A stretch of DNA of 64,000 nt from Acidobacteriota bacterium (GTDB taxonomy: Bacteria > Acidobacteriota > Vicinamibacteria > Vicinamibacterales > UBA2999). The notes under the pieces are model-generated. The model worked only from the letters and a program-made list of their open reading frames with translations, had not been told where the DNA came from and did not search any database. A program made the translations under genes and the position numbers. The stretch spans positions 8,237 to 72,236 of the forward strand of contig JABFSA010000085.1 of assembly GCA_013140775.1 (NCBI GenBank), written 5' to 3'. This document shows, one piece after another, positions 34,855-44,353 of the stretch. Each line of letters starts with the position of its first letter. Position 1 is the stretch's first letter.

Positions 34855-36321
34855 GTGCGCATCCTGATGGTCGCATCCGAGGCCGCGCCCTTTGCGAAGA
34901 CCGGTGGCCTCGCTGATGTTCTGGGGGCGCTTCCGCGCGCGTTATCGCAACTCGGCCATTCGGTTGACGTCGTCCTTCCGAGATACCGGGGTATTACGGC
35001 CGGGAAGCCGATCGGCCGTCTGCTTGTGCCGCAGGGAGAACTTGGAGCCGCGGCTGCGGTGTTCTCGCATTGCGACGGAGGGGTTCAGACGCTGTTCGTT
35101 GAGCACCCCGCCTATTTCGACCGTGAGTCTCTCTACGGTGAGGGCGGTCAGGACTATCACGACAACGCGGCTCGATTCGGGTTCCTGTCCCGGGCGGCAG
35201 TCGAGTGGGCGGCGATATATCCCGAGCCGTATGACGTCATCCACGTCCACGACTGGCAGGCTGGGCTCGTCCCGGTGTTTCTGCGCCAGGGCGGAGCGCC
35301 GGTGTATCGGCGTGTGCCGGTCATCTGCACGATCCACAATCTCGCGTACCAGGGGGTGTTCGATCCCGACTGGCTCCCGCAACTCGGGCTGCGTTCCTCG
35401 CTCATGAGCCCGGATGCCCTGGAGTTCTGGGGCCGAATCAGCCTGTTGAAAGGGGGCATCGTCTTCAGTGATTTGGTGACGACGGTCAGCCCCAGGTATG
35501 CGATGGAGATCCAGACCCCGGAGTACGGCTGCGGATTCGAGGGTCTTCTCCAGAGCCGGTCGCGCGACCTGGTGGGGATCCTGAACGGGATCGATTACGA
35601 TCAATGGGATCCCGCCCGGGATCCGTATCTTCCACAACCATTTGATGCGTCCCGGTTGGATGGGAAGACAGCAGCGAAGCGGGCGCTGCTCGAACGGGCG
35701 GGATGGTCAGCGGACGAAGCCGGGCTGCGCCGACCGCTGATCGGTCTGGTCTCGCGCATGGTCGATCAAAAGGGGTTCAACCTCCTGACCGAGCTGGGAG
35801 ATACCCTCTTGACCCTCGGTGCGCGTTTCGTCGTGCTGGGAACAGGAGAGCGCAGGTACGAGGACTTCTGGCGTGCCCTTGCGGCAAAATCGCCAGGTTG
35901 TGTCTTTGCCAACATCGGGTTTGACGAAGAAATGGCACATGCGATTGAAGGGGGAGCCGATCTGTTTCTGATGCCGTCCCGCTTCGAGCCCTGTGGCCTG
36001 AACCAGATGTACAGTCAACGATACGGAACGGTGCCTGTTGTTCGATCAGTAGGTGGCTTGTCCGACACGGTTCAGAACTTCAACCGAGCCACGGGCGCCG
36101 GAACGGGCTTTGCGTTTGATGAGTATGCAGCGAGCGCCTTGCTGGACACTCTACGCCGGGCGCTTCGCACCTACGAAGACCGTGACGCGTGGCGGCGCGT
36201 GCAGCGCGCAGGAATGCAGCAGGATTTTTCGTGGGATCGATCGGCGCGGGAGTACGTCGGGCTGTATGAGCGGGCTGGATCGGGCGGCGCGCAGGGGCGC
36301 GCGGCCCACCCTTCGACCTAG
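34855..36321 (+). CDS. glgA: glycogen synthase
   Basis: GTG start with MRILMVASEAAPFAKTGGLADV, and a GT5-type C-terminal half (PSRFEPCGLNQMY). Confidence 0.95.
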   Translation: MRILMVASEAAPFAKTGGLADVLGALPRALSQLGHSVDVVLPRYRGITAGKPIGRLLVPQGELGAAAAVFSHCDGGVQTLFVEHPAYFDRESLYGEGGQDYHDNAARFGFLSRAAVEWAAIYPEPYDVIHVHDWQAGLVPVFLRQGGAPVYRRVPVICTIHNLAYQGVFDPDWLPQLGLRSSLMSPDALEFWGRISLLKGGIVFSDLVTTVSPRYAMEIQTPEYGCGFEGLLQSRSRDLVGILNGIDYDQWDPARDPYLPQPFDASRLDGKTAAKRALLERAGWSADEAGLRRPLIGLVSRMVDQKGFNLLTELGDTLLTLGARFVVLGTGERRYEDFWRALAAKSPGCVFANIGFDEEMAHAIEGGADLFLMPSRFEPCGLNQMYSQRYGTVPVVRSVGGLSDTVQNFNRATGAGTGFAFDEYAASALLDTLRRALRTYEDRDAWRRVQRAGMQQDFSWDRSAREYVGLYERAGSGGAQGRAAHPST

Positions 36322-36341
36322 GTGACCAAGCGGAGAGACAG

Positions 36342-36668
36342 ATGGCATCCGACAAAGTGAAAACGTTTACGGACGGGAACTTCGATCAGGAAACGAAGAA
36401 CGGTGTCGTCCTTGTGGATTTCTGGGCCGAGTGGTGCGGTCCCTGCCGACGTCTCGCCCCGACGGTCGACGCCCTCGCCGGCGAGTTCGACGGCCGCATG
36501 ACCGTGGCGAAGCTGAATGTTGATGAGAACCCGAACGTCCCGGGACGTTTCATGATTCGCGGCATCCCCACGCTGCTGCTCTTCAAGGATGGGCAGTTGG
36601 CGGAGACACTCGTTGGCCTCGCGTCGAAGGAAGACATCACGCGCCTGATCGAAAAACATCTCTCGTGA
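36342..36668 (+). CDS. trxA: thioredoxin
   Basis: 108 aa with the WCGPC active site. Confidence 0.95.
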   Translation: MASDKVKTFTDGNFDQETKNGVVLVDFWAEWCGPCRRLAPTVDALAGEFDGRMTVAKLNVDENPNVPGRFMIRGIPTLLLFKDGQLAETLVGLASKEDITRLIEKHLS

Positions 36669-37627
36669 ACGCGCGAGTAACCCCTGATCGACAGGTCGTC
36701 ATTGTTGGCTCAGGCCCGGCAGGCCTCACGGCGGCGCTGTACGCTGCACGGGCGAACCTGAGGCCGTTACTCGTCGAGGGCCTCGACGCTGGTGGCCAGC
36801 TGATGCTGACCACCATGGTCGAGAACTGGCCCGGGTTCCGCGACGGCATCATGGGCCCGGATCTCATGACAGAAATGAGAGCCCAGGCCCAGCGCTTCGG
36901 AACCGAAATTCTCGAGAGCACCATTACGAAGGTCGATCTCCAGAACCGACCATTCACCCTGACGCTTGCGGACGGGAAGGCCATCACGACCGAGGCCTTG
37001 ATCATCGCCACCGGGGCGTCGGCGCGATGGCTGGAGATTGGATCGGATCGCAAGCTGTCTGGCCACGGTGTGTCCACGTGCGCCACCTGTGACGGCTACT
37101 TCTTCAAGGGCAAGCCAATCGCGGTCGTGGGCGGTGGCGACTCCGCGCTGGAAGAGGCGAACTATCTGACGAAGTTCGCGTCCAAGGTAACGCTCGTGCA
37201 CCGGCGCGACGCGCTGCGCGGCTCCAAGATCATGCAGGACAAGGCGTTCGCGAACCCGAAGATCGAGTTCGTCTGGAACTCGGCGGTGACCGACGTCAGA
37301 GACGTTTCAAAAGGGGAAGTCACCGCGATCGAGGTTCAAAACCTGTTGAGCGGGGCCGTTACCGAGATTCCTCTCGAGGGCCTGTTCATCGCCATCGGCC
37401 ACACGCCGAATACGAAGCTCTTCGAGGGGCAGATCGATCTCGACGCCACGGGGTACATCGTCACGCATGAGGGGACGCGGACCAACGTGCCCGGTGTTTT
37501 TGCGGCGGGCGATGTGCAGGATCGTGTCTACAGGCAGGCCGTCACGGCCGCCGGCTCTGGCTGCATGGCCGCAATCGATGCGGAGAGATATCTCGAGAGC
37601 CTCCCGCACCACGGGGAAGCGATCTAG
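36665..37627 (+). CDS. trxB: thioredoxin-disulfide reductase
   Basis: Motifs are GSGPAGLTAA, the redox-active CATCDG and GGGDSALEEA. The GTG start overlaps the trxA stop. Confidence 0.95.
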   Translation: MNARVTPDRQVVIVGSGPAGLTAALYAARANLRPLLVEGLDAGGQLMLTTMVENWPGFRDGIMGPDLMTEMRAQAQRFGTEILESTITKVDLQNRPFTLTLADGKAITTEALIIATGASARWLEIGSDRKLSGHGVSTCATCDGYFFKGKPIAVVGGGDSALEEANYLTKFASKVTLVHRRDALRGSKIMQDKAFANPKIEFVWNSAVTDVRDVSKGEVTAIEVQNLLSGAVTEIPLEGLFIAIGHTPNTKLFEGQIDLDATGYIVTHEGTRTNVPGVFAAGDVQDRVYRQAVTAAGSGCMAAIDAERYLESLPHHGEAI

Positions 37628-38682
37628 TCGATCCAGCCTCCGCCGATCACGACGTCAGCCTCATAGAACACCACGGCCTGCCCGGGAGTGATCGCCATCT
37701 GCGGTTCGTCGAAGACGAACTCGGCGCGATGGCTCTCAATGCCTCGGACCCGCCCCGCGGCTGCGGTGTGACGATGGCGAATCTGGGCGGAGGAACGCCG
37801 CCAGCCCTCGGGCGCCACGCCCGAAATCCAGTTCACCTGAGACGCCGTGAGAGTCTCGCGCTCGAGTGCGGCGCGAGGTCCCACGGTCACCGTCCCAGAC
37901 TCCGCTTCGATCTTCAGTACATAAACTGGCGCCGGACCTGAAATGCCAAGTCCCTTACGCTGCCCCACCGTGAAGCGGTGGATGCCGGCGTGCGTGCCCA
38001 GTGTCTGGCCAGTGCCGTCAACGATTGCCCCAGCGCGCGCGACCGCAGGCTCCTGTCTCGAGACGAAGGCCGCGTAGTCGCCGTCGGGAACGAAACAGAT
38101 CTCCTGACTGTCTGGCTTGTCTGCCACCTTCAGGCCGAGCCGGTGTGCGTAGGCCCGCACGTCGGTCTTCGTCAGATTGCCGACGGGGAACGACGCGCAG
38201 GCCAGCTGGTCCTGGGTCAGCGTGGCGAGAAAGTACGACTGGTCCTTGTCTGCGTCGAGGCCCCTGCGAAGCACGAAGCCTCCCTCGGCGGATCGAGCAA
38301 CCCGCGCGTAGTGCCCAGTGGCAACCAACTCGGCGTCCAGAGCGAGCGCACGGTCGAGGAGCGTCGCAAACTTGAGGTCGCTGTTGCAGTGGGCGCAGGG
38401 GAGCGGGGTCCGTCCGGCGGCATACTCGCGCACGAAGTTCGAGACCACGGTCTCCTGGAACTGCTTCTCGAAGTTCAGGATGTAATGCGGGATGCCGATC
38501 GCGTCGGCGACTCGCCGAGCGTCATTGAGGTCATCCAGCGTGCAGCACGTGCCGAACGACCCGTCTCCACCCTGGTCGTAGAGCTGCATCGACAAACCAA
38601 TGACGTCGTGACCCTGCTCGACGAGCAGCGCCGCGGCGACGGAAGAGTCCACGCCGCCGGACATGGCGACAACGATTCTCAT
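37624..38682 (-). CDS. mnmA: tRNA 2-thiouridine(34) synthase
   Basis: PP-loop is MRIVVAMSGGVDSSV, with MnmA-type length and a conserved C..C pattern. Confidence 0.95.
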   Translation of the reverse strand: MRIVVAMSGGVDSSVAAALLVEQGHDVIGLSMQLYDQGGDGSFGTCCTLDDLNDARRVADAIGIPHYILNFEKQFQETVVSNFVREYAAGRTPLPCAHCNSDLKFATLLDRALALDAELVATGHYARVARSAEGGFVLRRGLDADKDQSYFLATLTQDQLACASFPVGNLTKTDVRAYAHRLGLKVADKPDSQEICFVPDGDYAAFVSRQEPAVARAGAIVDGTGQTLGTHAGIHRFTVGQRKGLGISGPAPVYVLKIEAESGTVTVGPRAALERETLTASQVNWISGVAPEGWRRSSAQIRHRHTAAAGRVRGIESHRAEFVFDEPQMAITPGQAVVFYEADVVIGGGWID

Positions 38683-38704
38683 AACACGTCGTCGTCTTGC
38701 CTGG

Positions 38705-39880
38705 TCATGCGCGCACTGGTGTGCGTGTCAGGTGTCGAAGCTTTTCAACCAGTCCGGGAAGTACCGCTATCACGTGGTCCACGTCGGCCTGGCTGTTCGA
38801 GGTCCCGAGGCTGAAGCGTATGGAGTTCTGCGTGCGGTGCGGCGGGAAGCCCATCGCCTTGAGCACGTGAGACGGCTCCAGGGTCCCTGACGAGCAGGCC
38901 GAGCCCGTGGAGACGGCGATCCCTTCCAGGTCCAGGGCAATCAGCAAGGACTCCGCTTCGACCCGGTCGAAACTGATATTCGTGGTGTTCGGCACGCGGG
39001 GCGAACGAACCCCGTTCACGACGGTCCCAGGGACAGCGCGCAGGATGCCGTCCTCGAGGCGGTCGCGCAGCGATGACAGCCGGGCCCCGTCCTCAACCAT
39101 CTTGGTTCGCGCAATCTCGGCGGCGACGCCCATGCCCACAATGCCAGCGACGTTCTCGGTTCCGGCCCGGCGGCCTCGCTCCTGTTTGCCACCGGTCGCG
39201 ATGGGTGGGAGCCGGACCCCCCGTCGAATCCAGATCGCACCGATCCCCTTGGGCCCATGAAACTTGTGCGCCGAGATCGACAGGAGATCGACGCCCAGTG
39301 CCTTGACGTCCACCGGGATCTTCCCGGCCGACTGCACCGCGTCGGAATGCATCAGTGCCCCGCGCGCCTTCGCCAGCGTCGAAAGCTCGGAGATGGGCTG
39401 AATCGTCCCGATTTCGTTGTTGGCGTGCATGACCGACACGAGGGCTGTCTCCTCGGTCAGCGCGGCCGCGAGGGCGTCTGGAGACACGATGCCGGACTCA
39501 CCGACCGGCAGCAAGGTGGTCAGGGCCCCCCGTCTGGCCAGAGCCTTGAGCGTATTCAGCACGGCCTCATGCTCGATCGCGCTGGCAATCAGGTGCCGTC
39601 GAGTCTTTTCGAGCGACTCGGCGGCTCCGCGGATGGCCAGGTTGTCGCTTTCCGTCCCCCCGCTGGTAAAGGTGATTTCGGACGGGTCGGCCCCAATCAG
39701 GGCCGCGACGGCGCTCCGAGCCTGATCGATTAAGGCTTTTGACCTCTGTCCAAAGTGGTGAATGCTCGACGGATTGCCGAAATCCTCGGTGAGGACCGCC
39801 GCCATCCGCTCGGCGACCGCCGGGTGAACCGGAGTGGTGGCGTTGTGATCGAAATAGATGCGCTGCACGGCGGGACCCAT
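38705..39880 (-). CDS. cysteine desulfurase (NifS/IscS class I)
   Basis: Motifs are IYFDHNATTP, the PLP lysine in SISAHKFHGPKG, and the active-site STGSACSSG. The start is ATG 39880 or 39895. It lies directly upstream of mnmA, which is a YrvO-MnmA-like arrangement. Confidence 0.9.
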   Translation of the reverse strand: MGPAVQRIYFDHNATTPVHPAVAERMAAVLTEDFGNPSSIHHFGQRSKALIDQARSAVAALIGADPSEITFTSGGTESDNLAIRGAAESLEKTRRHLIASAIEHEAVLNTLKALARRGALTTLLPVGESGIVSPDALAAALTEETALVSVMHANNEIGTIQPISELSTLAKARGALMHSDAVQSAGKIPVDVKALGVDLLSISAHKFHGPKGIGAIWIRRGVRLPPIATGGKQERGRRAGTENVAGIVGMGVAAEIARTKMVEDGARLSSLRDRLEDGILRAVPGTVVNGVRSPRVPNTTNISFDRVEAESLLIALDLEGIAVSTGSACSSGTLEPSHVLKAMGFPPHRTQNSIRFSLGTSNSQADVDHVIAVLPGLVEKLRHLTRTPVRA

Positions 39881-39923
39881 CGGGCATCGTAGCATCCGCC
39901 TCAGATCACGGCAATAAACGGCC

Positions 39924-39953
39924 TAGACAACAATTTCAAGCGACCGATATACT
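39924..39953 (+). promoter_or_regulatory. sigma70-like promoter candidate (TAGACA-18 nt-TATACT) upstream of the bactofilin gene
   Basis: TAGACA at 39924-39929 and TATACT at 39948-39953. It lies about 75 nt upstream of ATG 40027. Confidence 0.3.
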
Positions 39954-40026
39954 CCTTAGGCGCTCCACCCGCCTGATTTGCTCTATTGGCCGCGACTAAA
40001 GGCCCTTGGGACGGAGGATTTTTACG

Positions 40027-40539
40027 ATGTGGAAACGTGACGAAGGGGTGAAGCCGGCGAGCGACGTGGCACCCAGTGCTCAGCCACCCCAGACCATGCC
40101 CGGGACACCGCAGGCGGCGCCCCGGCCCCAGATCGGGAGGGACGCAGTGAACATTGGAAAGTCAGTCGTCATCAAGGGCGAGCTCAGCGGCAGTGAAGAT
40201 CTCACGATCGAGGGTCAGGTCGAAGGCAAGATCGAGCTGAAGGACAATGTCCTGACGATCGGCGCCAACGGCAAAATCAAGGCGCAGGTATTCGCCAAGG
40301 CTCTGATCGTGCTCGGAGAGGTCACCGGCAACGTGACCGCGTCGGACAAAGTTGAGATTCGCGACGGCGGCTCCGTGGACGGCGACATCGTATCGCCCCG
40401 CGTGGCCATCGCCGAGGGGGCGCACTTCCGAGGCAGCGTAGACATGCAGCGGAAAGCGGCGCCGTCAACTCAGCACGCCAAGCCCGCCCCACAGGCGGTC
40501 GCTGCAGCCGCTGCAGCCCCACAACCGGTCGCCCGCTGA
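40027..40539 (+). CDS. bactofilin (polymer-forming cytoskeletal protein)
   Basis: ORF trimmed to ATG 40027 (GGAGGA upstream). The beta-helical bactofilin core is IGKSVVIKGELSGSEDLTIEGQVEGKIEL...VEIRDGGSVDGDIVSPRVAIAEGAHFRGSVDM. The termini are Pro/Ala-rich. Confidence 0.9.
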   Translation: MWKRDEGVKPASDVAPSAQPPQTMPGTPQAAPRPQIGRDAVNIGKSVVIKGELSGSEDLTIEGQVEGKIELKDNVLTIGANGKIKAQVFAKALIVLGEVTGNVTASDKVEIRDGGSVDGDIVSPRVAIAEGAHFRGSVDMQRKAAPSTQHAKPAPQAVAAAAAAPQPVAR

Positions 40540-40552
40540 CAGACGGGGGGAG

Positions 40553-41248
40553 ATGACTCTCTCCGATCTCTTCGGACGGCTTCGTAAGGACAAGGACGGG
40601 AGCGACACCGAGGCAATCGCCGCGGACGCTCCTGTCTGCCCATCCAGAGTTCTGTCACCATTTCTTGCCGGTCTTGCGACGAAGCAGCGTCCCGTGCTGC
40701 TCGATCTCGGGCCAGTCGTCGGCTCCAACGTCACCTTCTTCGGGGAAGAGGTCGGGTGCAAGATCTTCGTCGAGGATCTGTCCGCGGATCTCGATCGACA
40801 CGTCAGGGAAGGCAAGGTCCAGGAGCTTCCCGCGTTCTTCGAGCGACGGTTTCCGCAGGAGTCGGAAACAGTCGATGGGATTCTCTGCTGGGACATCTTC
40901 GATCACATGGAGCGGTCCGCCGCCGAGCGCCTCGCGTCACAGTTGACGCGGCTGTTGCGCCCCGACGGTCTTCTTCTGGCATTCTTCGGAACCGCGGACC
41001 CGCGTTCGCTCCCGCGCCCCACCTACACGCGGCACGTCGTCGTCGATAAATCACACCTGCAGTACCGGCCGTATCAGGCGGCCCGACCCAAACAGAAACC
41101 GTCAGTCAACCGGGACATTCAGCGCCTGTTCGAGCACCTGAAGATTACTGAAAACGTGCTGCTCAAGACGAACCTGCGCGAAGTGTTGTTTCGCAAGCCT
41201 GCCCTCGCCGCGACCAGCTCCAGCGCGGGAACCCCCGTTCAACCTTAG
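40553..41248 (+). CDS. hypothetical protein, methyltransferase-like (degenerate class I SAM fold)
   Basis: 231 aa. VLLDLGPVVGSN replaces the usual DxGxGxG. The fold-like segments are ILCWDIFDHM and LLRPDGLLLAFF. It lies 13 nt after the bactofilin stop. Confidence 0.6.
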   Translation: MTLSDLFGRLRKDKDGSDTEAIAADAPVCPSRVLSPFLAGLATKQRPVLLDLGPVVGSNVTFFGEEVGCKIFVEDLSADLDRHVREGKVQELPAFFERRFPQESETVDGILCWDIFDHMERSAAERLASQLTRLLRPDGLLLAFFGTADPRSLPRPTYTRHVVVDKSHLQYRPYQAARPKQKPSVNRDIQRLFEHLKITENVLLKTNLREVLFRKPALAATSSSAGTPVQP

Positions 41249-41260
41249 GCGCTGTCCACG

Positions 41261-42058
41261 ATGGCGCGCCCCGTAGTGGCTGTGCTGACCGACTTTGGCA
41301 CAAGGGATCACTACGCTGGTACTATGAAGGGCGTTGCGCTCGACATCTGCCCCGACCTCACCTTTGTTGACCTCACTCATGACATCGCCCCACAGGACAT
41401 CCTGGGGGCGGCCTTCGAACTGGCAGTCGCGTTCAAATACTTTCCAGCAGGGACCGTTTTTCTTGTGGTAGTCGATCCGGGAGTGGGATCCAGCCGCCGC
41501 GCGATCGCGGCCGAAGCCGGCTCGTATCGGTTCGTCGGGCCCGATAACGGCGTGCTCTGCCCGGCGCTCGACGCAACCGGGGAAGCTCCTGCGCTGGTGG
41601 AACTGACCGAGCCGCGATATGCCAGACCATTCGTGAGCAAGACGTTTGAAGGGCGTGACCGATTTGCGCCGGCCGCCGCCTGGTTGGCCCGCGGTGTCGA
41701 TCTCAACGAGCTGGGCCGTCCGCTCACGGACTGGACGCGCCTCCAGCTTCCAGCGCCGCTGGCAGGGCCAGGGTGTATTTCCGGTCAGGTGCTGCGCATC
41801 GATCGATTTGGCAACGCGATCACGAATCTCGACCGCGCTCTGTATGAGAACTTCGCCCGTCAGGGATCCACCCAGGTCATCGCCGGTTCCGGGGGTGTCG
41901 TACCGTTGGTCACGACCTATGCGGACGCTGCGAAGGGTTCGGTGTGTGCGTTGTTTGGCAGTGCGGACTATCTCGAGATCGCTGTGAGCGGGGGCAACGC
42001 GTCCGAGCAGCTTGGTCTTGCTCAAGGGTCGGAGATCACGCTCCGGCGAGGCGAGTGA
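41261..42058 (+). CDS. SAM hydrolase / SAM-dependent halogenase family protein (DUF62, SAM hydroxide adenosyltransferase)
   Basis: Motifs are VAVLTDFGTRDHYAGTMKGV and VVVDPGVGSSRR, which are typical of the family. Confidence 0.85.
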   Translation: MARPVVAVLTDFGTRDHYAGTMKGVALDICPDLTFVDLTHDIAPQDILGAAFELAVAFKYFPAGTVFLVVVDPGVGSSRRAIAAEAGSYRFVGPDNGVLCPALDATGEAPALVELTEPRYARPFVSKTFEGRDRFAPAAAWLARGVDLNELGRPLTDWTRLQLPAPLAGPGCISGQVLRIDRFGNAITNLDRALYENFARQGSTQVIAGSGGVVPLVTTYADAAKGSVCALFGSADYLEIAVSGGNASEQLGLAQGSEITLRRGE

Positions 42059-42062
42059 CGGC

Positions 42063-43274
42063 ATGGTGAGTTTCGAACTGAACGAGGACCACAGGCTCCT
42101 GGAACAGTCCGTTCGGGAGTGGGCACATCGCGAGGTCGCTCCGCGCATTCGTGAGCTGGATCGCGCGCATCGTTTCGACCCGTCCATCCTGCCGCAGATG
42201 GCGTCGCTTGGACTGCTGGGGATTTCCGTTCCCGCGGAGTACGGTGGCGCCGGAATGGACTACATCTCGCTCGGGATTGCGAGCGAGGAGCTCGAGTATG
42301 TCGATACGTCCCTTCGCGTGATCATGTCGGTGCACGCCGGGCTGAACTGCCTGACGTTGCTGTCGTGGGGAACGGAGGAGCAGAAGCAGCGCTACCTGGT
42401 GCCCCAGGCACAGGGACTGAAGATTGCCAGCTTTGCCCTGACAGAGCCTTCAGCGGGCAGTGACGCGAGAGGCATCGAGAGTGTCGCCATCAGGCACGGC
42501 GATCGGTACGTGCTGACCGGTGAAAAGATGTGGATTTCACTTGGCCACGTGGCCGACAACTTTCTCGTGTTCGCCTGGACCGACCTTGAAAAGAAGCGGG
42601 CCCGCGACACGTCGGGGATGAGCGCGTTCATCGTCGAACGGACATTCAAGGGGTTTGCGAGCGGAACGCTCGACCAGAAGTGGGGAATCCTCGCGGGAAA
42701 TACGGGGTTCTTCAAGATGGACGAGGTTGAAGTCCCTCGCGAGAACCTGGTCGGCCGGGAGGGAGAGGGTTTCAAAATCGCCATGTTCGCCCTCGATCAG
42801 GGGCGCTACACTGTGGCCGCTGGCGCGACGGGACTCGTCAGGGCCTGCAGAGATGCAAGCGTTCAGTACGCCCGGACTCGCAAGACCTTTGGCGTCGAGA
42901 TCGGCGAGCATCAACTCGTCAAGGAAATGATCGCTCAGATGGAATCTGACTATCAGGCGTCGCGCCTGCTCTGGATGCGAGCCGGATGGCTGAAGAACGT
43001 GGGCCAGAGAAATACACGAGAGACCGGGCTGGCGAAGTGGTTCGCCACTGTCGCTTCGGAACGCGCGGCCGGTGACGCGGTGCAGGTGCACGGCGCCAAC
43101 GGCTACTCGGACGAATACCCGGTGGGGCGCTTCTACCGGAATTGTAAAGGCGCGGTGATCTACGAGGGAACGCGCGAAATTCACAAGATCATGCAGGCGG
43201 ACTATCTGCTCGGCTACCGCACGGATCGCCCGTCGCGCTGCGAGCTGCCGGCCTGGGAGGGAACAACGAAATGA
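42063..43274 (+). CDS. acyl-CoA dehydrogenase family protein
   Basis: ORF trimmed to ATG 42063 ([13 protein letters not shown]...). Motifs are [17 protein letters not shown] and IYEGTREIH. Confidence 0.9.
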   Translation: MVSFELNEDHRLLEQSVREWAHREVAPRIRELDRAHRFDPSILPQMASLGLLGISVPAEYGGAGMDYISLGIASEELEYVDTSLRVIMSVHAGLNCLTLLSWGTEEQKQRYLVPQAQGLKIASFALTEPSAGSDARGIESVAIRHGDRYVLTGEKMWISLGHVADNFLVFAWTDLEKKRARDTSGMSAFIVERTFKGFASGTLDQKWGILAGNTGFFKMDEVEVPRENLVGREGEGFKIAMFALDQGRYTVAAGATGLVRACRDASVQYARTRKTFGVEIGEHQLVKEMIAQMESDYQASRLLWMRAGWLKNVGQRNTRETGLAKWFATVASERAAGDAVQVHGANGYSDEYPVGRFYRNCKGAVIYEGTREIHKIMQADYLLGYRTDRPSRCELPAWEGTTK

Positions 43275-44323
43275 CCGTGACACGCACAGTGAACCCATCA
43301 GAGAACAGCGTAGAGGCTCCCACGAACGGGCTGTTCATGGATGCCGATCTCTCGCTGGACTTTCTCAGAGTCGTCGAGCAGGCGGCCATCGCGTGTGCCC
43401 AGACGATGGGTCAGGGCGATCGTCACAAATCTGATCAGGTCGCGGTCGAAGCCATGCGCCGCGAGATGGATTCCGTGCCGATCGATGGAACGATCGTGAT
43501 CGGTGAGGGTGAGCGCGACGAAGCCCCCATGCTGTTCATCGGCGAAAAAGTCGGCCGTGCGCATCTGGAGGCCAATGGCCACGGATATCCACAGGTTGAC
43601 ATCGCGGTCGATCCGCTCGAGGGGACAAATCTCTGCGCGACAGGCGCGGCAAACGCCCTCGCGGTGCTGGCGGCATCCGAAAGCGGTGGACTCCTACACG
43701 CCCCCGATATCTACATGGAGAAGCTCGTCGTTGGCCCGAGCTCGAAAGACGTGGTCGATATCGACGCGCCGGTTCGATTCAATCTGAGGGCTATTGCCCA
43801 GGCGCTCGGGCGCCGTGTCGAGGATCTCGTGGTCATGGTGCTGGACCGTCCCAGGCACGAGCAGCTGATCGAAGAGATTCGATCGACGGGCGCGCGCATC
43901 CGGCTGATCGGTGATGGAGACCTCTCCGCCGGCATATCGGCCGCAGTCGTGGGCAGCGGCGTTCACGCGGTCATGGGTACCGGTGGTGCCCCCGAAGGCG
44001 TATTGACGGCGGCTGCGATGCGCTGCCTGAATGGCGAGATTTTCGCGCGCCTGGTGGTCAAGACTCCGGAGCACGAAGCACGCTGCCGTCAGATGGGCAT
44101 TACAGACTTCAAGAAGGTCTATCGTTCTCAGGACCTCGCGTCGGGTGAGCGGATCGTGTTTGCCGCGTCAGGTGTCACCGACGGCACCTTGATGAAAGGC
44201 GTCCGGTTCTTCGGCGATGGGACGCGCACGACATCTGTCGTCATGCAGACGCATCCCCATCAGATCCGCTTCATCGACAGTATCCAGGTCAATACGTCGA
44301 AGAATGTGAAGATCCGGTTCTAG
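43271..44323 (+). CDS. glpX: class II fructose-1,6-bisphosphatase
   Basis: GlpX-type sequence is AVEAMR...[17 protein letters not shown]...VDPLEGT...GTGGAPEGV. The ATG overlaps the upstream stop (ATGA). Confidence 0.9.
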   Translation: MTVTRTVNPSENSVEAPTNGLFMDADLSLDFLRVVEQAAIACAQTMGQGDRHKSDQVAVEAMRREMDSVPIDGTIVIGEGERDEAPMLFIGEKVGRAHLEANGHGYPQVDIAVDPLEGTNLCATGAANALAVLAASESGGLLHAPDIYMEKLVVGPSSKDVVDIDAPVRFNLRAIAQALGRRVEDLVVMVLDRPRHEQLIEEIRSTGARIRLIGDGDLSAGISAAVVGSGVHAVMGTGGAPEGVLTAAAMRCLNGEIFARLVVKTPEHEARCRQMGITDFKKVYRSQDLASGERIVFAASGVTDGTLMKGVRFFGDGTRTTSVVMQTHPHQIRFIDSIQVNTSKNVKIRF

Positions 44324-44353
44324 CGGCTCGGTCCGGAGCGGTACGTCACCCTC

